DNA of 64,000 nucleotides from contig OZ242029.1 of NCBI GenBank assembly GCA_965205015.1, positions 672,001 through 736,000 of the forward strand. Direction: 5' to 3'. The translations under genes and the position numbers were made by a program. Under the pieces are notes generated by a model. The model had not been told where the DNA came from. It searched no databases and worked only from the letters and a program-made list of their open reading frames with translations. Below are positions 20,210-28,447 of this stretch, one piece after another. The first letter of the stretch is position 1, and every line of letters starts with the position of its first letter. Source of the DNA: Candidatus Poribacteria bacterium. Its GTDB lineage: Bacteria > Poribacteria > WGA-4E > WGA-3G.

Positions 20210-21289
20210 TTAAAACTGATAGAGGGCGCGAGCGTTTTCTGCCATGATTTTGTGTCTGAGTGCTGGTGAGAGGCTTTTCGGCAGTGCTTGATCGGGAGAA
20301 TCGAAGTCCCAGTGCGGATAATCGGTTGCGAACATCAACCTATCATCCAAATCGAGTTGCGCGAGCAGTTGATCGAAGTATTCCTGTTTAGGTGGCTCCT
20401 CAATCGGCTGCGTTGTAATCCAGAAATGATCCTGGATGTACTCAGAAGGCAATCGTTTCAGCTCCGGCACCTCATCGTGTAGTTTTTTCCATGCCCGATC
20501 CAATCGCCACATCAACGGGGGTAGCCACGCGAAACCGCCCTCAATGAGAACGACCTTGAGTGTCGGGAATTGTTCAAAGACTCCTTCGCAAACGAGGCTG
20601 GTTACCTGCGTCTGAAACGCCTGTGTCATTCCGGCGTGGTCTTCAATGTAGTGTGAGGGTCTACCGACAGCGGTAATCGGTCCTACACCAACACCGGTGA
20701 AATGGATGCCGATCGGGAGGTCATGTTGGACTGCCGCTTCATACATCTTCCAGTATCTCCGTCTTCCTAAAGGTTCCATCGTGCGAGCGAGCAGCAGTAT
20801 TTGCACGAACCCCGGATGGTCTGCCACTCTATTGATCTCGGCGGTGGCGAATTCTGCGTCGTCGCAGGCGACGATGATGGAGGCACGGAGCCTCGGTTCT
20901 TTTTCAAGCCACTCTTCGATCTGCCAGTCGTTCACGGCACGTGCCCACGCCGCGGCGAATGCGAGATTGGGCATCTCACAGACCGGGGTCAAGCAGTTGA
21001 GGATACCGTATTCGATGTTGAATGCGTCCAGGAGCTGCTCACGCAGGAAATCGAGATCGGAGCCGGGACGGTGTCCGGAGGGTGTCCACGCATCGTATCT
21101 CGCACCGAAGGGGTGAGCGCGCGGGATATATGCGCCGACGCGGTCGGTTGTCCCGACCATACCGTGATGCTTGCGCCACCGTTCGGAGAGATACGGGTAC
21201 AACACCGTCTCGGAAGCGAGGGTGTTATGCACATCACAGTCGATAACGGATGGTCTCCGCCGTTGTTCAAGTGTCTCTGTCTTTGCCAT
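20210..21289 (-). CDS. Amidohydrolase_2 family protein
   Basis: IDCDVH, EGVFEQFPTLKVVLIEGG, FATDYPHWD. Confidence 0.92.
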   Translation of the reverse strand: MAKTETLEQRRRPSVIDCDVHNTLASETVLYPYLSERWRKHHGMVGTTDRVGAYIPRAHPFGARYDAWTPSGHRPGSDLDFLREQLLDAFNIEYGILNCLTPVCEMPNLAFAAAWARAVNDWQIEEWLEKEPRLRASIIVACDDAEFATAEINRVADHPGFVQILLLARTMEPLGRRRYWKMYEAAVQHDLPIGIHFTGVGVGPITAVGRPSHYIEDHAGMTQAFQTQVTSLVCEGVFEQFPTLKVVLIEGGFAWLPPLMWRLDRAWKKLHDEVPELKRLPSEYIQDHFWITTQPIEEPPKQEYFDQLLAQLDLDDRLMFATDYPHWDFDSPDQALPKSLSPALRHKIMAENARALYQF

Positions 21290-21494
21290 CTTTATTGTCC
21301 TCGCCAGTGGGGTGAATTTAGCAAATAAACACGGATAATATCTCTGATAATCTCATGGTGGTTCATGTAAATGGTGGTTCATGTAAAAAGTATGCGCTAT
21401 TGTTTTTACTGAAAGCAGTGGTCACGCGGGTTTTACTTTTTCATTTGCACAAAGTCTTTACATGAGCCTCCCATGGTTTATCAACTTAATCATT

Positions 21495-22535
21495 TCAGAC
21501 AATGTCCACGGTCAGTGGCTCACCAAGATCCGCAGCAATTTCATCAAGAAGGATTTTTTTCTTCTTAGTGCTATTGTGAGTCATTATGTAATATGGTCCG
21601 GATTGGCGTTGGATATATTTGTCATCTTTGTAGGTTGATATGAGAGGGATGATGTCTTCTTTGTTCAGATCCTTTACCCGCTTTATTCCTAATTTTTCAA
21701 TTACTTCAGTGAAGGTGGTTGCTGCATTGTTATGATCAATCACTGCTCCATTAGGCATAGTAACAACAAGACGTGTCTGCGGTGCCTTCTGTGTTCTACG
21801 CGTCCGAGGTTGTGTCGGTTGCACAGATGGAACAGATGGAGAGAAAACTTCTCGCCGGTCCAGTTCGGTTTCCCTCTTTAGGCTTTTTAGAAAACTTAAT
21901 ACTTGTTCATCGGACGGTCTATACCCACACAGGCTTTCGGTTTTCTCTGCCACGGCATGTAGCAAAAACTCATCTGCTTCCTCCACTAATTTGCTCCATG
22001 CTTCTGGTAACCGTGTTGCAACCTGTCTTTGCTGAACGACCTCCTCATAGTCCTTCTTGATGGTCCCAACAGCTTCATCCGTACGTATTGACTCGTAATT
22101 CAGATATCTGTTAATCCTTTCAGCATTTTCCTGACTATCTCCTGTGATAAGGTCAAATTCACAGACTTTACGTTCTGCCCACGTTCCTTCTCCTGTTGGG
22201 TGAAAAAATTGCCATTCCCGACCATCAGTAAGAACCGCGATTGGCACTCTAATGCGAGAATCATAGCCGAACAATTGTTCCTCTGCTCCTTTAATGTTAC
22301 CAACTTGTTTCGCCTCAATAAAGACGCGAGGTGTTGACGAAGGATGGCAAAGTGCGTAGTCCACATGACCGCTCCCGACGGGATATTCAGGAAAAACAAT
22401 CAGAGTATCGTCCGTCGGCCAACCCAAACTTCTAAGGAGAGGATCTACAATACCTTGACGAACTGCAGTTTCACTTTTAAAAATATTTTGTTCCAAACGC
22501 TTGCATATATCCTCAATATGCCTCTTAAGTGCCAT
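21495..22535 (-). CDS. HsdR N-terminal-like PD-(D/E)xK restriction endonuclease domain protein
   Basis: E..VR..IVDP.L..LGW, PEY...VDYAL...FIEAK, QLF.Y, LTDGREW; no helicase motifs. Confidence 0.8.
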   Translation of the reverse strand: MALKRHIEDICKRLEQNIFKSETAVRQGIVDPLLRSLGWPTDDTLIVFPEYPVGSGHVDYALCHPSSTPRVFIEAKQVGNIKGAEEQLFGYDSRIRVPIAVLTDGREWQFFHPTGEGTWAERKVCEFDLITGDSQENAERINRYLNYESIRTDEAVGTIKKDYEEVVQQRQVATRLPEAWSKLVEEADEFLLHAVAEKTESLCGYRPSDEQVLSFLKSLKRETELDRREVFSPSVPSVQPTQPRTRRTQKAPQTRLVVTMPNGAVIDHNNAATTFTEVIEKLGIKRVKDLNKEDIIPLISTYKDDKYIQRQSGPYYIMTHNSTKKKKILLDEIAADLGEPLTVDIV

Positions 22536-22651
22536 TGCTTAACAAATCATTCCTTTCAATTCCAATGAAAAATTTAGGGATAATGGGACTTACTGAAAAC
22601 CTTCCTACAACTCAAGACTTGCTTCAAAGTGAAGGAAGCAGTCGTGGGTAT

Positions 22652-22852
22652 TCATTGAATGCTTTGAATCAACCGCATACTACTGCGAATCCATTCATTC
22701 ACCAGTTCCTCAACATCCTTACCCGTCTCATCAGCGAGTTTACGCATGAATTCATCAACGTCCTTCTCTAAATAGATGGGGAGATTAAAAACGGCTTTTG
22801 GATCGTAGAACTTACCACGCTCCGCTTTTGAGAAGTCATATTCCGCTTTCAT
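22652..22852 (-). CDS. BrnA/CopG-like antitoxin (orphan)
   Basis: MKAEYDFSKAERGKFY N-terminus and RHH-like C-terminus. Confidence 0.7.
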   Translation of the reverse strand: MKAEYDFSKAERGKFYDPKAVFNLPIYLEKDVDEFMRKLADETGKDVEELVNEWIRSSMRLIQSIQ

Positions 22853-22898
22853 GGGTTAAATTCCTCGTAAAGAACTCATGGTCGATCCTAATTCCCTC

Positions 22899-22927
22899 AT
22901 TGTATCGGAGTTTTATCCAAATGTCAA
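22899..22927 (-). promoter_or_regulatory. sigma70-type promoter
   Basis: TTGACA-17 nt-TACAAT on minus strand. Confidence 0.7.
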
Positions 22928-22956
22928 GAAAAATGCCGCGCCGACATCCATTGGAT

Positions 22957-23343
22957 TCACCATTCTCTACGTATCCCGTAAGCATCAAAGGCCGCGTCGG
23001 CACCAATTATCGGAAGATCTTCAACGAGTGCTTGCGCAATTATCAACCGGTCAAATGGATCTCGATGGTGAAAAGGTAAGGTGGTAAGTTTTGTCAGGCT
23101 ATCAACTGTGATGTCTAATATTTGAATACGATTGAAATAGAGTTGCTCTGGAAACAACCTCTCAAACGATTTATCTAAAACGAGTTTCCCTAAACTCACC
23201 TTAACGGCTATTTCCCAAAGGCTGACGATGCTGAGGAATTTTGAGTTACGTGGACTGTCGATTAGCTGTCGTGCTTTGTCACTGAGTTTTTTGTCACCCT
23301 GAAGAAACCAAAGCAGCGTATGTGTATCGAGCAAATATTTCAT
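22957..23343 (-). CDS. vapC: PIN-domain (VapC family) toxin
   Basis: YLLDTHTLLW, S..SLWEIAVK...GKL, HHRDPFDRLIIAQA. Confidence 0.93.
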   Translation of the reverse strand: MKYLLDTHTLLWFLQGDKKLSDKARQLIDSPRNSKFLSIVSLWEIAVKVSLGKLVLDKSFERLFPEQLYFNRIQILDITVDSLTKLTTLPFHHRDPFDRLIIAQALVEDLPIIGADAAFDAYGIRREW

Positions 23344-24152
23344 TCTGTATACTCTTTGAAATCTGGAAGTTCATCGTCAAAATCTTCACTGACGTGAATA
23401 AGTCCTTTGGCACTCCCAAAGCCAACCCTTAACCAAGGCTCACAGAAAATGCTTTTCCATTCGTACTGATAGGTTGGCATCAAGGTATCTATTGATTCAG
23501 CGTGAAACAGAAAATGGTATTTGACATACGTCTGATCTAACAATTTAATGCAGTCATCTAACTCCTCGAAGGTAGGGACAGCTTCCGGCTCGCGCTTGTC
23601 CCAATGAGCAATCCGCTTATCAGCATATTCTCCATGTGTTTTTACGACAGATTCAAGTCGCGCTCGATCCTCTTTTACCATCTGTGGACAAACGTACTTC
23701 CCACTTGCATCTGCATATTGAGCGAATTCATCCATCTTTATGATTGTCTTTAATTCGGAAGAATCAGTAATCCCTACTGCTTCAACGGATGCCTTACCCA
23801 CCACTTGATCCAAGTCGGGTCCATTAGAATGCGGATGGCGGGAATTGAAGTAGCTGCGAGAGAGTTCTTCAGGATTTTCAGCAATTTCGCCAAGCAACCT
23901 TACAAAAGATATGCTATCCTTTTGCAATTCAGTTTGCCGATGGAGCCCAACTAATGCATGAGAAAGGTAAGTCCTCGCAAGATAGCCATAGAAAGCACTG
24001 GGTTTTTGGATACGTGAATTTTCGCGGATGATGTCTTGGACTTCCCAGAAGATGCTTGCATCTCGAACAAGTGCCAGAATTTCGTCGTGAATCGTCTCCA
24101 TCCATTTGAGCCACTTTTCCAATTTTTGACTTTTCTCAAATTTCTGATTCAT
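23340..24152 (-). CDS. AbiU2/HEPN-like helical protein with VapB (DUF2281-like) C-terminal tail
   Basis: Helical body with SISF..LL and DKRIAH; tail GFGSAKGLIHVSEDFDDELPDFKEY; 4-bp ATGA overlap with PIN gene. Confidence 0.6.
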   Translation of the reverse strand: MNQKFEKSQKLEKWLKWMETIHDEILALVRDASIFWEVQDIIRENSRIQKPSAFYGYLARTYLSHALVGLHRQTELQKDSISFVRLLGEIAENPEELSRSYFNSRHPHSNGPDLDQVVGKASVEAVGITDSSELKTIIKMDEFAQYADASGKYVCPQMVKEDRARLESVVKTHGEYADKRIAHWDKREPEAVPTFEELDDCIKLLDQTYVKYHFLFHAESIDTLMPTYQYEWKSIFCEPWLRVGFGSAKGLIHVSEDFDDELPDFKEYTE

Positions 24153-24234
24153 TTTAGAGGCCTCCTAAATCGCCAATACCTTCACCAGAAAATATTGACA
24201 TAAGACTTTGACATTGCGAGACTTCATTGTTTTA

Positions 24235-24263
24235 AGTATATCATGAATTTTACGAACTGTCAA
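24235..24263 (-). promoter_or_regulatory. sigma70-type promoter
   Basis: TTGACA-17 nt-TATACT on minus strand upstream of 24152. Confidence 0.7.
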
Positions 24264-24360
24264 TCTTTGAAGGAAACCGGCAATCATGACTTAGAAAGAG
24301 GTTGACCCTATGAGGTACGCTTATTTCTCAATACTCAGGTTTGCGCACCTGTTGGTTTTC

Positions 24361-25740
24361 TTAATGCGTCTTTTTCTCAAAATGTAGATTTCTGACCCTA
24401 TTTCCTGTCAACCTAAATCCTGTAATGTTCTCGGTATTGTCTTGGATAAAGTGAATCTCAGGAAAAAACCACACATCCCCACGGAAATGACCGTTGGTGT
24501 AGGTTAGCACGATGTCATTGTGTCGTCTGTGTTGCGCTACAAGTCCGCCCTCATGTCTAACGATGGTGTAGGTTGTATCCAGTTCTTCGGTATAATAATC
24601 TCCCTCGAATTCTGCCAACTGTTCTGGTGATAGAGGTTCAGATTTAATATCTTCAGCAGATTCCGTTGCTTTCTCCGGTTCGGATGTTTCTACGGAAGCA
24701 AGGACATCAGTAAGATAGAGGTCCGCAACCTTTTCTGCCAAATTGAGTGGATTAAAGGTGTCCAGATTGCATAGGATAACTACGCCAAATTTCTGATCTG
24801 GAAAACGCATCAAATGACTCCGAAATCCGCGCCATGATCCACTGTGTCCGACCGTTTTCAACCCTCTGTATTCACCAATGTTCAGCCCAAAAGCGTAATC
24901 AATTTGTTCTCCGTCGTTCAGCACGCCACGCTGGTGCATCTGCTCAATTACTGTTTGTTCACCAATACGCGTGTCATCAAAATTCAGGATCCATTTCGCC
25001 AGATCTTCCACTGTTGAATAGAGAGAACTTGAACCCAGAGCGGTTGTATTGTTAATGGCATGTTTAAACCCACCGTTTTCGACACTCTGATATGAATACG
25101 CTCGGTTCTTCAGAATCATTTCGTAGTCATCGTGAAAGTGGGAGTTGGTCATACCGAGAGGTTTGAAGATATGAGTGTTCGTCCACTCGCGGAATGAATC
25201 ACCTGTTACCCTTTCGACGATTTCTGCGAGTAGATTGTAACCCGTGTTGCTGTATAAAAACTCTGCTCCCGGCTCAAAATTGAGTGTCTTCTGATGCCGA
25301 GCCATCTTCAAGATGTGTTTAAAGGAAATCACGTCATCCATCATATCACCTGCAATGACAAGTGACTGGACCCAATCCCGGAGTCCGCTGGTGTGATGCA
25401 AGAGATGTCGAATTGTGATTGTGTTCCCGAAATCCGGGACATCGGGCAGATAGGTTCGGATGTCGTCATCCAACGAAAGTTTCCCTTCGTGTGATAATGT
25501 GGCGATAGCGAACCCCGCAAACTGCTTAGACACTGAAGCGATATCGAAAATGGTCGTCGTCGTGATTGGGATGTCATACTCCAGATTCGCCGTCCCGTAG
25601 CCCTGTTTATAAACGACTTCACCCTCTCTGACAATCGCTAAGGCGGCACCAGGGGAATCCGATTGACTCCATTCTGCAAACAATTGATCGACTTTTGCTT
25701 CACGTGTCTCATGGGTTGTCATAGTCATTCCTCTTAGCAA
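24361..25740 (-). CDS. Serine hydrolase, class C beta-lactamase-like family
   Basis: SVSK, LLHHTSG, YSN, HSG motifs. Confidence 0.92.
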   Translation of the reverse strand: MLRGMTMTTHETREAKVDQLFAEWSQSDSPGAALAIVREGEVVYKQGYGTANLEYDIPITTTTIFDIASVSKQFAGFAIATLSHEGKLSLDDDIRTYLPDVPDFGNTITIRHLLHHTSGLRDWVQSLVIAGDMMDDVISFKHILKMARHQKTLNFEPGAEFLYSNTGYNLLAEIVERVTGDSFREWTNTHIFKPLGMTNSHFHDDYEMILKNRAYSYQSVENGGFKHAINNTTALGSSSLYSTVEDLAKWILNFDDTRIGEQTVIEQMHQRGVLNDGEQIDYAFGLNIGEYRGLKTVGHSGSWRGFRSHLMRFPDQKFGVVILCNLDTFNPLNLAEKVADLYLTDVLASVETSEPEKATESAEDIKSEPLSPEQLAEFEGDYYTEELDTTYTIVRHEGGLVAQHRRHNDIVLTYTNGHFRGDVWFFPEIHFIQDNTENITGFRLTGNRVRNLHFEKKTH

Positions 25741-26058
25741 AAGGTTTTGAAGTTATTTTCGCAGCACTCCATGTGAATTCAGCCAGTAGTTGCGTTTAAT
25801 CACGAATACATCCTATGATACCACATACCTCGTCGAAAGTTGAGATTTTTTGACTTTGCTTTATAACTTGGTTTAGAGAAGACATCAAGAAAGCAACTGT
25901 GTCTCCGAAGTTCGCCAAAAAACAAGTGTGCTAATTTTTCGGAGTTGAGGAGCAACAAAAAGTGGTACTTTACCATGCTGAGACAAAAATATAGGTGCGG
26001 CTGAGACCGCACCTGTTAGTTTTATAGTAGAGTCAATAATTACTTGGGCACCCCGATT

Positions 26059-26116
26059 GTAGCGCAAACTGTTAGTTTGCGTGCCTCCCCTGCACAAACT
26101 GGACAGTTTGTGCTAC
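26059..26116. repeat. Inverted pair of GTAG-type REP-like palindromes
   Basis: GTAGCGCAAACTGTTAGTTTGCG ... GCACAAACTGGACAGTTTGTGCTAC. Confidence 0.7.
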
Positions 26117-26170
26117 GAATGTTCACTTATTTTTCGGTTTTACTATAAAATAAATTTGCAATGTTTTCTT

Positions 26171-27031
26171 TTACTGCTTAAGCCGTCCCCATGTCGTCGC
26201 GAGCTTTCCTCGTGCTTCAACTGCGAGTGCGCCACCCGTCTGCGCGCCATTTTTACCTACCAGATGATATGCGTTGCCCGATACGTCTGAGAATTCCCCT
26301 GTTCCGTCCGGTTCATCAAAATGCCATAAGGCAACCGTTTTTGCGTCATTTTCAAACTTGCCGCGCGGCATAAAATCTTTTTTCTCAACATCGTAACGGG
26401 CATCCGTTGAGATGCGAACCTCATCAATATATCCAGTGAAAGAATCATAAAACCATTTGTTCTTAAAAGGCATCTCAATTATTTTTCCAAACCCTCCAAG
26501 CACGAAGTCCTGTGGACGCGAAGCAAGGAGATCATGTCCGATAGGTGTCCCATGTTGCAGTATCTCTACGAGATCATTGACGATCGTTATTGTCTGATGC
26601 CCATTTGACTGGAAAGCGATGTGGTGCCATTGGTTCAGCAGAAGTGGGATTGGGAAAGGTCGGGTCAAACCGAAACGTCCCTCAAGATGAGCATTCATTC
26701 TTAAGATGAGTTTCCCTTTCGGGGGCTCGATATTTAGTCCCCGAAATTCACCCCTCACGATGAGCATAAGCAGTTGTTGATGTAGTATCGTCAGGGACGT
26801 ATTATTGTTGTCAGGCGGCATGGTAGGATATACCCAGGCTTCAATGGTGAATTCGTCCGTGCCGTCCGGTAAAAGATAACCAAAGGTTTCAAAATCCAGA
26901 ACGGCGTAGTCATCAACGCCGTCAAGGACCAAATAGTTGCCCCCTGCGGGTGAAGACGGCGGGAACGCCTTGGCACTCAGCGGAATTAATACAAAAAAAA
27001 AGAGGCATGTCAGAATGTGTCGATGTTTCAT
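26171..27031 (-). CDS. Secreted LamG-like jellyroll protein
   Basis: LDGVDDY, FTIEAWV, WHHIA, F.GYIDEVRIS; tail AVEARGKLATTWGRLKQ. Confidence 0.85.
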   Translation of the reverse strand: MKHRHILTCLFFFVLIPLSAKAFPPSSPAGGNYLVLDGVDDYAVLDFETFGYLLPDGTDEFTIEAWVYPTMPPDNNNTSLTILHQQLLMLIVRGEFRGLNIEPPKGKLILRMNAHLEGRFGLTRPFPIPLLLNQWHHIAFQSNGHQTITIVNDLVEILQHGTPIGHDLLASRPQDFVLGGFGKIIEMPFKNKWFYDSFTGYIDEVRISTDARYDVEKKDFMPRGKFENDAKTVALWHFDEPDGTGEFSDVSGNAYHLVGKNGAQTGGALAVEARGKLATTWGRLKQ

Positions 27032-27185
27032 TTTGTATCTCCTTTTCGGTGAAAAAAGAAAAATCCGTGAATTTCGTTGTAAATCTCAGTCCCTAATCCG
27101 TACACGCAAACAATGACCTCAATAACGACAGATTTTCTACAAGTGAAAGTGTCTGACATTGAGCGGATCCCTCTATTCTCTGATT

Positions 27186-28286
27186 TTAAGGTTGATTTCG
27201 GTGTTTTGCTTTGAGTTCACCCCAGCGTGTAGGCAGTTTTCCTTGTGCTGTGACCGCACGAAAGCCGGTATCATATGCGACAACGTCTGGAAATAATTCC
27301 CAACCCTCTCCAGAACCTCCGAAAACATAAATCTTGCCGTTGACCGTCGCTGCACCCTGAGGTACAAGAGGTATTGGCATTGCAGGAAGATCGCGCCACG
27401 CATCTTTCTGTGGATTATACACATTCACACTTGCTAAAAACTCAAAGGGCCCGTTTTCCCGAAAGGAACCTCCACCCATCAGATAAATTTCATCCCTAAC
27501 AACAACCGTCGCGAACGAATCTCTGGCATCCAACATATCACCCCTCTTCCGCCATTGACGGCTTCTCGAATCATATTCCTCAATGACCGTAAGATAGGGA
27601 CCGATGCGAACGGGTGGCCATCCACGTCCACCGATGGCATAAATACGGTTGCCGACAACTCCCACACCTAAACTCGAGCGTGGGGTCGGCATTTCTCGAC
27701 CAGCCACCCATGTATCGGTGGCAGGGTTATAAACATCAACACGGCCTATGCGTTCACCACCTCCATCTCTGCGTATCGCACCTCCAATGATATAGATTTT
27801 TCCATCCACCACACCAATATTAAACTCGACACGAGAAACAGGCATCTCCTTTTTCTGGCTCCATGTATCGGTTTGAGGATTATATGCCTCTACGTTCACT
27901 GGATATTTCCTATTTGCCAACTCCCCGTCTTTCCCATGCCATCCTCCAAAGACAAAGATGGTGTCGTTAACAACCGCCGCTTTCGCACCATGGCGTGGCG
28001 TTGGCATATCTGCAACCCTCTGCCACGTGTTGGTCTGCGTGTCATACACCTCAACAGTTGAAATTCCATAGGGACCCTGGCCTGCTTTCACGTCCGCATA
28101 GAGGCTGCCACCGATGAGATAAATCTTATTACCCACAACAGCGGTCGCGAAAGTTATTCTCTCAGTGGAGAGCTGAGTTTTCAGTTCCCAGCTCTGATCC
28201 GCAAAGGATTCTATTTGCATGAGCGAGAGAATGAAAACAACGACGCCAATAACAATAGCTTTTTGGGAACTGAACACGGTTGACAT
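27186..28286 (-). CDS. Secreted Kelch-repeat protein
   Basis: Six IY..GG / VE.Y...W / MP.PR units; tail AVTAQGKLPTRWGELK. Confidence 0.9.
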   Translation of the reverse strand: MSTVFSSQKAIVIGVVVFILSLMQIESFADQSWELKTQLSTERITFATAVVGNKIYLIGGSLYADVKAGQGPYGISTVEVYDTQTNTWQRVADMPTPRHGAKAAVVNDTIFVFGGWHGKDGELANRKYPVNVEAYNPQTDTWSQKKEMPVSRVEFNIGVVDGKIYIIGGAIRRDGGGERIGRVDVYNPATDTWVAGREMPTPRSSLGVGVVGNRIYAIGGRGWPPVRIGPYLTVIEEYDSRSRQWRKRGDMLDARDSFATVVVRDEIYLMGGGSFRENGPFEFLASVNVYNPQKDAWRDLPAMPIPLVPQGAATVNGKIYVFGGSGEGWELFPDVVAYDTGFRAVTAQGKLPTRWGELKAKHRNQP

Positions 28287-28447
28287 AGGTAATTCCCCCT
28301 TATATCGTTAACACAAACAATCTCTGGAACATCAAGAATCTGCAACAAACGGCAATATAACATATAAAGCGAGAACCTATAGAAAAATGAAAACAGCGAG
28401 GTCAATACCGTTTCGTCTATAGATCATATGACTCTGATAGTTTCTAT

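Noticed and set aside
24361-25740. Antibiotic-resistance beta-lactamase
   Set aside because: Motifs only support the broad serine hydrolase family; no signal peptide and substrate cannot be inferred
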